Of a stretch of 64,000 bases of DNA, positions 18,335 through 25,851 are shown one piece after another. This DNA is from Vicinamibacterales bacterium (GTDB taxonomy: Bacteria > Acidobacteriota > Vicinamibacteria > Vicinamibacterales > 2-12-FULL-66-21). The translations under genes were made by a program, and so were the position numbers. The stretch is from contig JBMDXQ010000090.1 in NCBI GenBank assembly GCA_048594975.1, positions 416,102 through 480,101 of the forward strand, in the 5' to 3' direction. How positions within the stretch are numbered: position 1 is the stretch's first letter; each line of letters opens with the position of its first letter. The notes under the pieces are model-generated. The model was not told the origin of the DNA. It saw nothing but the letters and a program-made list of their open reading frames with translations, and ran no database searches.

Positions 18335-18703
18335 ATGCGAACGACCATTGCCAGATTCGGCGCACCGCTCGCACTTGCCGTCATGCTGTCGGGCTGCGCC
18401 CTGGTGACGCGCAACGCCAGCGTCGCCGAGCTGAACCAGAACCCCGGCCGCTATCATGACAAGACCATCGCGATCGATGGCGTGGTCACCAGCTCGTACG
18501 GGACGTCGTTCCTGCCCATGAACGTCTACCGGGTGAACGACGGTACGGGCGAGGTCACGGTGATCGCGCAGAACAGCCGAGAGGTCCCCTCCAGGGGTGC
18601 CCGCGTGCGCGTCAAGGGGAAGGTCGGAGAGGTGGCGACGATCGGGGGAAAGGCGCTCGGGCTGCACATCCGGCAACACGACCTGGATTTCAAGGACGAC
18701 TAG
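18335..18703 (+). CDS. small lipoprotein, OB-fold-like (hypothetical)
   Basis: ATG at 18335 within ORF 18305-18703; lipobox LSGC; beta-rich mature part. Confidence 0.6.
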   Translation: MRTTIARFGAPLALAVMLSGCALVTRNASVAELNQNPGRYHDKTIAIDGVVTSSYGTSFLPMNVYRVNDGTGEVTVIAQNSREVPSRGARVRVKGKVGEVATIGGKALGLHIRQHDLDFKDD

Positions 18704-18738
18704 CGGGGTCCCGGCGCGCGTCGTGTGCGCCACGGGCC

Positions 18739-19641
18739 CTAGCGGAGCACCCGCCCGTACTCGGAGCTTCTCGCCACCCGGCTGAAGTACTCGAACGCCG
18801 CCTGCGACGCGGACCGTATCGCCGCTTCGCCGGCGGCGTTGTCTTTCAGGAAGGTCGTCATCACCGCCTGGGCGTACGGCCGATCCTTCACGTACACGAT
18901 TCCCGCATCCACCTCCACGCCTTCGAGCGTGCCCGGCTTGTTCGCGACAGCGACGTCTTCGGGAACAGTCGAGCGCATCGGCGACGCCTTCGACTTGCGC
19001 AGGATGGCCAGGAGCGCCTCCCGGCCCTGCGGTGAGAGACCGTCCCCCCGGTGGATGATGGCCAGCAGCCGCGCCAGTTCCGCCGGCGTCGAGACGTTTT
19101 CCTGTCCGCGGCGCGCCGCGGCGAGGTCGATCATCTTCCTCCTCAAGCGCGTGTGCGTCAGGCCGAGGGAGGCCATGCGCCGGGTGACCGCGTCCATGCC
19201 GACCGCGTCGATGAGGACGTTGGTCGCGGTGTTGTCGCTGAGAACGATCATCAACGTCGCGTAATCGCGAATCGACAGCGACGGCGTGGTCAGCTCGTTG
19301 AGGATGCCGGTGCCGCCCACGGCGCTGGCGCGGTCGAGTGCCTGGCGCGCATCGAGCTGGATACGGCCGTCGTCCGCCTGGCGGAACAGCTCGTAAAGGA
19401 TTGCGAGCTTGATCGTGGACGCCGTCGGAAACACCTCGTTGGCGAGGCGCTCGAGGCGTTCGTCGGACTCGAGCCCGACGATGGCGAAGCCCATCACGCC
19501 GTCGAGCGCGCCGGCGATCGCGTCGAGGCGCTCGCCGAGCTTCGCGCGTAGCTCCGCAGCCTTCGCCTCCTGCGCGCCGTGCGCTCGTCCGGCAGCGGCG
19601 GCGACGAAGAGGAGGAGGAGGGCCGCGATCAGGCGCGTCAC
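18739..19641 (-). CDS. class A beta-lactamase-like serine hydrolase (secreted)
   Basis: 300 aa from GTG 19641 (the 596-aa track ORF is an artefactual upstream extension). Signal peptide; STIK (SxxK); SDN; KPG in place of KTG; no clear ExxLN. Start overlaps the upstream stop as GTGA. Confidence 0.8.
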   Translation of the reverse strand: MTRLIAALLLLFVAAAAGRAHGAQEAKAAELRAKLGERLDAIAGALDGVMGFAIVGLESDERLERLANEVFPTASTIKLAILYELFRQADDGRIQLDARQALDRASAVGGTGILNELTTPSLSIRDYATLMIVLSDNTATNVLIDAVGMDAVTRRMASLGLTHTRLRRKMIDLAAARRGQENVSTPAELARLLAIIHRGDGLSPQGREALLAILRKSKASPMRSTVPEDVAVANKPGTLEGVEVDAGIVYVKDRPYAQAVMTTFLKDNAAGEAAIRSASQAAFEYFSRVARSSEYGRVLR

Positions 19642-21428
19642 GCCGTGATCCTCACAGCGACCGCCGTCATGTCGTCGTTCGGCGGCGCGTCGCGGCGCCA
19701 GTCGGCCACTGCGTCGAAGATGTTCTCGACGAGCTTGGCGGGCGGGAGTTCGTTGTTGCGGCTCACCACGTCGAGCAGGCGCTCGGCGGTGAACTCCTGT
19801 CCGTGCTCGTTCATCGCCTCGAAGACGCCGTCGCTGCAGAACACGAACAGGTCGCCGGCGTGCATGGCGTAGGTGACTTCGTCGTAGGTGGATCCGGGAA
19901 ACGAGCCGAGTGGTACTCCTGGCAATTCCACCTGTGCGCACCCCTCCGCGGAGCAGCGGATGGGGTACGGGAGCCCTGAGTTCGCCAGCGTCACAATCCG
20001 CCGCTTCATGTCGAACACCGTGTAGCAGAGCGTGCAGTAGTACTCCTCCAGCTGCCGCTGGTGGAGGATGGTGTTCACCGACGAGAGGACGCCGGCCGGA
20101 CTCGATCGCTCGGGGATATAGCGCCGGCGGAAGGTGCGGCCGCGCACCGCCTCGGCGGCGAACACGCTGTAGAGCGCGGCCGGTACGCCCTTCCCGGACA
20201 CGTCGCCCACCGCGACGACGAGCGTATGGCTGTCGGGCGAAAGGTAGTCGTGGAAATCGCCGCCGAGCTCGCGCGCCGAAGCGAACGACGCCGCGACCTC
20301 GACGCCCTTGATGCGCTTCGGCAGGCCGGCGGGCAGCAGCGCCGTCTGCACGCGCCTGGCGAAGCGCAGCTCCTTCTCCAGCCGCTCCTCGTTGGCACGG
20401 ATCTCCTCGTAGAGCCGGGCGTTCTCGATCGCGACCGCCGCCTGGCTGGCGAGCAGCGACAGGATCTCGACGTCGCGCTTGCTGAACGCGTCGAGCTCCG
20501 GGCTCTCGAGATCGACGACGCCGATGCACCGGTCCTTCAGGAGCATGGGGATGGCGAGCTCGGAGCGGACGTCGGGCACGACGGGGATGTAGCGGGGGTC
20601 GAGCGAGACGTCGGGCACGAGCACCGGCTGGCGGTGCAGCGCCGCGTAGCCGACCAGGCCCTCGCCCAGCTTCACGCGCGGCACCTGCACTTTCTCGCCG
20701 TACTGGACGGCGAGCTTGATCTCCAGCTCGAGGTCGTCGTTCAGCAGCAGGATGCCGAACGTGCGGTAGTCGATCAGGCGGCGCGTGAGCTGCGCGATGC
20801 GGGTGAACAGCTCGTCGAGATCGAGCACTGCCGCCACGTCGCGGCCGATTTCCGCGAGCGTCTCGAACGCGTCGGCGTCGTGGCGGCTCCGCTCGTAGAG
20901 CCGCGCGTTGACCAGCGCGACCGCCACGTGCGCGCCGAACTGACGGAGGATCGCCACGTCGTTGATCGTGAAGGCATCGCGTCGGCGGCTGAGGACGTTG
21001 AGCGCGCCGATCGGCCGCGACTTGTGCAGCAGCGGCACGACCACTTCCGACTGCATGCCCGGCGCGAACTCGATGTAGCGCGGGTCGGTGGTCAGATCGT
21101 TGACCAGGACCGGCTGCTCGCCAGCGACCGCCGCGCCGACCAGCCCCTGGCCCACCCGCAACCTGACCGCCGAGTCGCCGGCCGGATACCCCACCGAGTA
21201 CGCCACCCGCAGCTCGCCGCGCTTCTCGTCGAGCAGGTAGACCGCGAAGGCCTCGAAGGCGATGAGCCGCGCGATCAGCTGCGGAATCTGCTGCAGGAGA
21301 TCGTCGAAATCGAGGACGGCCGTCACCTGGCGGCCGAGATCGAACAGCGTGGCGAGCAGTTGGTGCTTGCCGCGCGTCACCTCGGCGCGGGCCGCCGGCG
21401 AGTCCTCCGCGGAAGTTCTCTGGGTCAC
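19638..21428 (-). CDS. GAF-GAF-SpoIIE (PP2C-type) protein phosphatase
   Basis: 596 aa; two GAF-like repeats, then ELGGDFHDY, GDVSGKG and CSDGVFEA. Confidence 0.85.
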   Translation of the reverse strand: MTQRTSAEDSPAARAEVTRGKHQLLATLFDLGRQVTAVLDFDDLLQQIPQLIARLIAFEAFAVYLLDEKRGELRVAYSVGYPAGDSAVRLRVGQGLVGAAVAGEQPVLVNDLTTDPRYIEFAPGMQSEVVVPLLHKSRPIGALNVLSRRRDAFTINDVAILRQFGAHVAVALVNARLYERSRHDADAFETLAEIGRDVAAVLDLDELFTRIAQLTRRLIDYRTFGILLLNDDLELEIKLAVQYGEKVQVPRVKLGEGLVGYAALHRQPVLVPDVSLDPRYIPVVPDVRSELAIPMLLKDRCIGVVDLESPELDAFSKRDVEILSLLASQAAVAIENARLYEEIRANEERLEKELRFARRVQTALLPAGLPKRIKGVEVAASFASARELGGDFHDYLSPDSHTLVVAVGDVSGKGVPAALYSVFAAEAVRGRTFRRRYIPERSSPAGVLSSVNTILHQRQLEEYYCTLCYTVFDMKRRIVTLANSGLPYPIRCSAEGCAQVELPGVPLGSFPGSTYDEVTYAMHAGDLFVFCSDGVFEAMNEHGQEFTAERLLDVVSRNNELPPAKLVENIFDAVADWRRDAPPNDDMTAVAVRITA

Positions 21429-21504
21429 CGTGAACGTGCGTCCTTCTGCAGGGCAGGAACCCCGGATTATACTTTCACAATCGGCCCCGCCCGACCGGCC
21501 GGCT

Positions 21505-21960
21505 ATGGATCTCGCGCTGCCTCTCGACTACACGGCGATCGAGCGGATTCTCCCCCACCGCTACCCGTTTCTCCTCGTCGATCGCATCACCGAGTTCGAG
21601 CCGGACCGCCGGATCGTGGGGATCAAGAACGTGTCCCTCAACGAGCGCTACCTCTCGCACTCCCCGGGCGAGGCGCCGGTGCTGCCGCCGACCATCCTCA
21701 CGGAAGCGGTGGCGCAGGTGGGGGCGATCATGATCCTCGCCAAGCCGGAGAACCGCGAGAAGCTCATTTACTTCATGGGCATCGAGCGCGTCCGCTATCG
21801 CCGGCCGGTCCATCCCGGCGACGTCGTCGAGATCGAAGCGCTCGTGCGCCGCCTGCGCAGCCGCATGGGCCAGCTGCGCGGCATCGCCCGCGTCGAGGGC
21901 AGGGTCGTGGTCGACGGCACGATGACCTTCGCGCTCGGCCCGCCCGGCGAGCGGCCGTGA
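21505..21960 (+). CDS. fabZ: 3-hydroxyacyl-ACP dehydratase FabZ
   Basis: ATG at 21505 in ORF 21262-21960; ILPHRYPFLLVDRI, PGDVVEIEA; 151 aa. Confidence 0.9.
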   Translation: MDLALPLDYTAIERILPHRYPFLLVDRITEFEPDRRIVGIKNVSLNERYLSHSPGEAPVLPPTILTEAVAQVGAIMILAKPENREKLIYFMGIERVRYRRPVHPGDVVEIEALVRRLRSRMGQLRGIARVEGRVVVDGTMTFALGPPGERP

Positions 21961-21962
21961 TC

Positions 21963-22586
21963 TCAGCGGACGATCAGCAGCACCAACCCGATCTTCGCGG
22001 CGCGCGACGCCCACGCCAGCCATCGCGACTCCGGCCTGTAGTAGCGCCACGCGTCGAGCACCGCGGGAGTCAGCACCAGCACGCCGACGAGGCGTTCGTC
22101 CGTGCGCGCGGTCACGGCGATCCCCCGCGTGTCGCGCTCCGGCGGGCCGGTGCGTGCCATCGCCGCCCCGGCGTACGCCGCCGACGCCAGCACGTTGAAC
22201 GCGAGCACGCCCTTGGCCACCGGCGCACGCTCGCCGCGCAGGCCGGGGCGGCGCGTGAGCAGCCACTCGCTGCCCGCGTGCTGCACCCAGAACCCGGCCG
22301 ACGAGATCACGAACTCCTGCCGGCGCGACACGTCGGGCCGGTGTGCGATCGCGAAGAACGGGATGCCATGAAACTCCACGGACCGCAGCCGCGGGTCGGT
22401 GTCGAACGCCAGGTTGAACACGAGATGACCGAGCTCGTGCGCCAACAGGCCGAGCGCGCCGCCGGCGACGAACTTCGCGGCGGCGACGACCTTCGAAGGC
22501 TCTTCGGCAGTCGCGGTCCGCTCGCGCGGTGCCGTCTCCTGCGCGCACAGCACGCCGGGGACCAGTGCGGCAAGGATGACCGTCAT
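21963..22586 (-). CDS. hypothetical exported/membrane protein with HExxH motif (putative metalloprotease)
   Basis: ATG at 22586 gives signal-like MTVILAALVPGVLCAQE; AHELGHLVFN; C-terminal hydrophobic helix. Confidence 0.5.
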   Translation of the reverse strand: MTVILAALVPGVLCAQETAPRERTATAEEPSKVVAAAKFVAGGALGLLAHELGHLVFNLAFDTDPRLRSVEFHGIPFFAIAHRPDVSRRQEFVISSAGFWVQHAGSEWLLTRRPGLRGERAPVAKGVLAFNVLASAAYAGAAMARTGPPERDTRGIAVTARTDERLVGVLVLTPAVLDAWRYYRPESRWLAWASRAAKIGLVLLIVR

Positions 22587-22697
22587 CGCGACGCGACACG
22601 CCCGACGTCGAGGCGCAAGGCCGCCGGCGGCGTGGATTCGCGTGGCGCGAGACCCTCGGTCGCGTTGCTGCCCAAGCCGCGGTTGCATCGACGAAGC

Positions 22698-23657
22698 TTA
22701 TGCGATCCGGCGGCGCGACTCGGTCGGCGCAGAAGCGGCGACCCTTTTCGCGCCCGCTCGGCCGGTTGACCACCGGACCATCGCCACCCCGGCAAACACC
22801 AGTGCCGCCGCGGCCGCCATGCGGTAATCGAACGGCTCGTCGAGCAGGACGACCCCGAGTGTCACCGCGATGATCGGGTTGATGTAGGCGTACAGCGACA
22901 CGAAGGACATCGACAGGTGCCGCAGCGCATAGGTATACGCCACGAGGCCGCCGATGGCACCCACCGTCGTGAGATAGGCGAGCGCCGAGGCGCTGCGCGT
23001 GGTGAAGAACAGATCGGACCACTCGCCGCGGACGGTGCCGGCGACGGTCAGCACCAGCCCTCCAGCCAGCATCTGCAGGGCCGTCGTCCCGAGCACGTGC
23101 TCGTCCCGCTGCTGCCGCCGCGAGTACGAGGAGCCGAGCGCCCATGCCGCGCAGGCAATCTGCACCGCGACAATGCCGGCGATCAGCCGTCGATCGCCGC
23201 CCGGCAGCGTCAGGTCAGGCCACACGAGGAGCAGGATGCCGGAGAACCCGACCACCAGACCGGCGATCGACGAGGCGCGCAGCCGCTCCCCGTCCGTGAA
23301 GAAGGCCTCGACAAACGTCATCCAGAACGGCGACGTCGCCACGAGCACCGCCGCGAGGCCGCTCGAGATCCACAACTCGGCGACGATCACGCCGCCGTTC
23401 CCAAGGCCGAGCAGGAGAAACCCGATGAGGGCGATGCTCGTCCAGCGTGTCGGCGGAGGGAGCCGCTGGCCGCGTGCGAGCAGGTAGCCCGCGAGGAGCG
23501 TTCCGGCAATGGTCCAGCGGATGCCGCCCATGAGCGCCGGCGGCATCGACTCCAGGCTCACCCGGATCCCGAGATACGTCGTCCCCCAGATCAGGCAGAC
23601 GCCGAGCCAGGCGATGTAGGCCAGCCGCCTCTGCCTGGCGGTCGTGACCGCGCTCAC
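22698..23657 (-). CDS. EamA/DMT family transporter
   Basis: GTG at 23657 overlaps the lrp-like stop (GTGA); about 10 TM helices in two EamA-like halves. Confidence 0.8.
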   Translation of the reverse strand: MSAVTTARQRRLAYIAWLGVCLIWGTTYLGIRVSLESMPPALMGGIRWTIAGTLLAGYLLARGQRLPPPTRWTSIALIGFLLLGLGNGGVIVAELWISSGLAAVLVATSPFWMTFVEAFFTDGERLRASSIAGLVVGFSGILLLVWPDLTLPGGDRRLIAGIVAVQIACAAWALGSSYSRRQQRDEHVLGTTALQMLAGGLVLTVAGTVRGEWSDLFFTTRSASALAYLTTVGAIGGLVAYTYALRHLSMSFVSLYAYINPIIAVTLGVVLLDEPFDYRMAAAAALVFAGVAMVRWSTGRAGAKRVAASAPTESRRRIA

Positions 23658-24127
23658 GCCCCACCACCCTCGACCGCAGGGATGGGGAGCCGGTGCGTCT
23701 CCTTGATGGTTTCGAGCACGATCGTCGTTCGCGTGGAGCGGACGCCGGCAAGGCGGCCGATGCGAGTGCGCAGGAGCGCGCCGAGCTGCTCCGCGTCGCG
23801 CGCGCGAACCTTGACCAGGAAGCAATCGTCGCCAGCGACGTGGTGCACTTCGAGCACATCCGGGAAGGCCGCGAGCTCTCGGGCGAGGTTGTCGTCCCCG
23901 GGAGCCGCGTCGCTCCGGACAGCCACGAAGGCCAGCAGCCCGCGATCGACCGCCCGGGGGTTGACGTCCGCAGCGTAGCCGCGGATCACGCCGCGCCCCT
24001 CGAGCTTTCGGAGCCGTTCCAGGACATTGGAAGGCGCGAGCCCCACTGCCCTCGCGATATCGGCCTGTGTTTCGCGGGCGTTGGCCTGGAGGATTTTGAG
24101 AATGAGCAGATCAGTTCCGTCAATCAT
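23654..24127 (-). CDS. Lrp/AsnC family transcriptional regulator
   Basis: ATG at 24127 in ORF 23654-24292; DLLILKILQANARETQADIARAVGLAPSNVLERLRKLE HTH followed by an RAM-type ligand domain. Confidence 0.9.
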   Translation of the reverse strand: MIDGTDLLILKILQANARETQADIARAVGLAPSNVLERLRKLEGRGVIRGYAADVNPRAVDRGLLAFVAVRSDAAPGDDNLARELAAFPDVLEVHHVAGDDCFLVKVRARDAEQLGALLRTRIGRLAGVRSTRTTIVLETIKETHRLPIPAVEGGGA

Positions 24128-24156
24128 TCTGTCGCCAGATGTCCTGACAGAATGAT
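24123..24156. promoter_or_regulatory. 11-bp perfect inverted repeat covering the lrp-like start codon (operator or start-codon-sequestering hairpin)
   Basis: ATCATTCTGTC (24123-24133) and GACAGAATGAT (24146-24156), 12-nt spacer; the ATG complement lies at 24125-24127. Confidence 0.5.
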
Positions 24157-24237
24157 ACTTCGTCCAACTAGGCGCGAGCGGTCCAATATTCTGTTGGATC
24201 CGTTCGCGTGGCGGGCTGGTCCCCAGTGCGAGTGAAC

Positions 24238-24471
24238 CTACCGTTGGCTGCGGCGGCGGCGGCGGAACAGGGGAGACTTGTCGTCGGCGCAAGCACGCGC
24301 GCGCTCCGGGTCAGGCTGGCAGATCAGCTCTTCGAGCTCGTGGCGGGTTCGGCGCGTCCGCTCCGTCAGCTCGCGCAGTCGACTCTGGATGTCCTGATTC
24401 TGGTGGTTCTTGCCCAATGGTCGTAATAAATCCTGTCGTTCGGCCGCCGTTTGCGGACTTTTCCTGTTCAA
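24238..24471 (-). CDS. possible small charged coiled-coil protein (hypothetical, weak)
   Basis: 77-codon ORF with only TTG starts. The segment LGKNHQNQDIQSRLRELTERTRRTRHELEELI has high GC3, whereas the antisense ORF looks like typical L/R/A noise. No family recognised. Confidence 0.3.
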   Translation of the reverse strand: MNRKSPQTAAERQDLLRPLGKNHQNQDIQSRLRELTERTRRTRHELEELICQPDPERARACADDKSPLFRRRRRSQR

Positions 24472-24492
24472 CGAGCAGGATCGCTGCCAATT

Positions 24493-25293
24493 TCAGCTCT
24501 TCCGGTCCAGGAATCCGTAGGTGCCGCCTCCGAGCCAGGCGCCGCCGTCGATCGTCAGAGTCTCACCCGTGATGAAGGCGGCGTGCTCCGAGACAAGGAA
24601 CGCGACCGCGTCTGCGACCTCGTCCGGTTTCCCCCACCGCCGCAGCGGCACCGCGCGGGTGATCCGCTCGACGTCACCCGGTCTGTTCCAGAGCTGCCGG
24701 GCGGCGCCGGGCGACTCGATCGGGCCGGGCGCCACGGCATTGACGCGTATGCCATGGCGCGCCCATTCGACGGCGAGTGTCTGGGTCAGCGACAGGACGC
24801 CGGCCTTTGCTGCCGCCGAGTGGACGGTGCCAGGGCTGCCGGTCCAGACGTAGTTGGCGAGGATGGACACGATCGCCCCCCCGCCACCGCGCGCGATCAT
24901 GTGGCGCCCGACCTCGCGCGAGCAGTAGAAGCTGCCGTTCAACACGGAGCCGACGACCGCGTTCCAGCCGTTCGGCGACAGCTCCTCCGCGCGACAGATG
25001 AAGTTGCCGGCGGCGTTGTTTACGAGGATGTCGACGTGCCCGAAGTGGTGCACGACGCGCTGCACCATTTCCTCGACCTGTTCAAAGTTCCTGACGTCGA
25101 CCTGAACCGCGAGCGGATCGAGCCCCGCCCGATGCAGTTCGGCGCTTCCCTCTTCGATGTGGGCGGCGTTGCGGCTGCCGAACGCGACTCGCGCGCCGAG
25201 CTGGCCGAGGCGGCGCGCGACCGCGAGACCGATTCCCGTGCCGCCGCCGGTGACGACGGCGACTTTCCCTTCCAGGAGCGATGGCGCGAACAC
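24493..25293 (-). CDS. SDR family oxidoreductase (2,4-dienoyl-CoA reductase / enoyl reductase-like)
   Basis: 266 aa; VTGGGTGIG Rossmann motif, NNAAGNF, HSAAAKAG active-site region. Confidence 0.85.
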   Translation of the reverse strand: MFAPSLLEGKVAVVTGGGTGIGLAVARRLGQLGARVAFGSRNAAHIEEGSAELHRAGLDPLAVQVDVRNFEQVEEMVQRVVHHFGHVDILVNNAAGNFICRAEELSPNGWNAVVGSVLNGSFYCSREVGRHMIARGGGGAIVSILANYVWTGSPGTVHSAAAKAGVLSLTQTLAVEWARHGIRVNAVAPGPIESPGAARQLWNRPGDVERITRAVPLRRWGKPDEVADAVAFLVSEHAAFITGETLTIDGGAWLGGGTYGFLDRKS

Positions 25294-25318
25294 GGTGCCA
25301 GATTATCCGAATGCTAAG

Positions 25319-25846
25319 ATGGGTGCCATGCGTTGCCCGCTGCTGCCGCAGACCACGCTCTTCGCTGCCGTGATGCTGCTCTCGGCGGTCGGCTGCGGTT
25401 CCGAACCGCGCCAGGCGACGCCACGTGCCGCGCCGCCTGCGCAGGCCGATCCACCGCCGGCGGTCGTGCCGCGAGGCTACCCGGGGGCGCTGCCTCCCCT
25501 ACCGCAGGTACCTTTTCAACCGGCGCGGCCGCTCGACCTGGGCCAGGCCGTGTACGCATTTGCCGCCAGGCATCCGGAGATTCTTCACCACGTTCCCTGC
25601 TTCTGCGGATGCGAGCGGCAGGGACATCGCGGCAACGACGACTGCTTCGTGGCCTCGCGGGAGGCGGACGGCCGTCCGCAATGGGAAATGCACGGCTACG
25701 TCTGAGCGGTGTGCATTGACGTCGCGCGTGACGCGATGCAGATGCACGGCAACGGCACCCCGCTGGCGGCGATTCGCGCCGCCATCGAACGCCGCTACGG
25801 TCCCCACTACCCATCGATGACGCCGGCGCCCGCACCGCCGAAGTAG
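25319..25846 (+). CDS. PCYCGC-family lipoprotein, candidate selenoprotein with in-frame TGA (Sec) at 25703-25705
   Basis: ATG 25319 (or 25328); lipobox LLSAVGC; HHVPCFCGCERQGHRGNDDCF. The frame continues past the TGA for 46 codons to TAG 25844-25846 (40 of 46 codons end in G/C), giving HGYV-U-AVC-IDVA...GTPLAAIRAAIERRY, which matches the C-terminal half of the family as I recall it. Confidence 0.7.
25711..25747 (+). promoter_or_regulatory. SECIS-like hairpin 6 nt downstream of the TGA at 25703
   Basis: GUGCAU (25711-16) pairs with AUGCAC (25742-47). Upper stem 25717-25726 pairs with 25732-25740, with single-nt bulges at A25719 and G25741. Apical loop is CGUGA. Confidence 0.5.
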
Positions 25847-25851
25847 CAACA

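Noticed and set aside
18739-19641. Calling the class-A-like enzyme an antibiotic resistance beta-lactamase.
   Set aside because: The KTG box is KPG and no ExxLN omega-loop motif is evident, so function cannot be asserted from sequence.
18739-20529. 596-aa ORF suggesting a large fusion protein ending in a beta-lactamase domain.
   Set aside because: The N-terminal 296 aa overlap, out of frame, the GAF-GAF-SpoIIE gene, which has real motifs. A GTG at 19641 gives a normal signal peptide and a 300-aa enzyme.
25157-25318. Upstream extension of the PCYCGC ORF (MWAALRLPNATRAP...).
   Set aside because: It overlaps the divergent SDR gene start, and the peptide is non-hydrophobic junk. The ATG at 25319 gives a proper lipoprotein signal.
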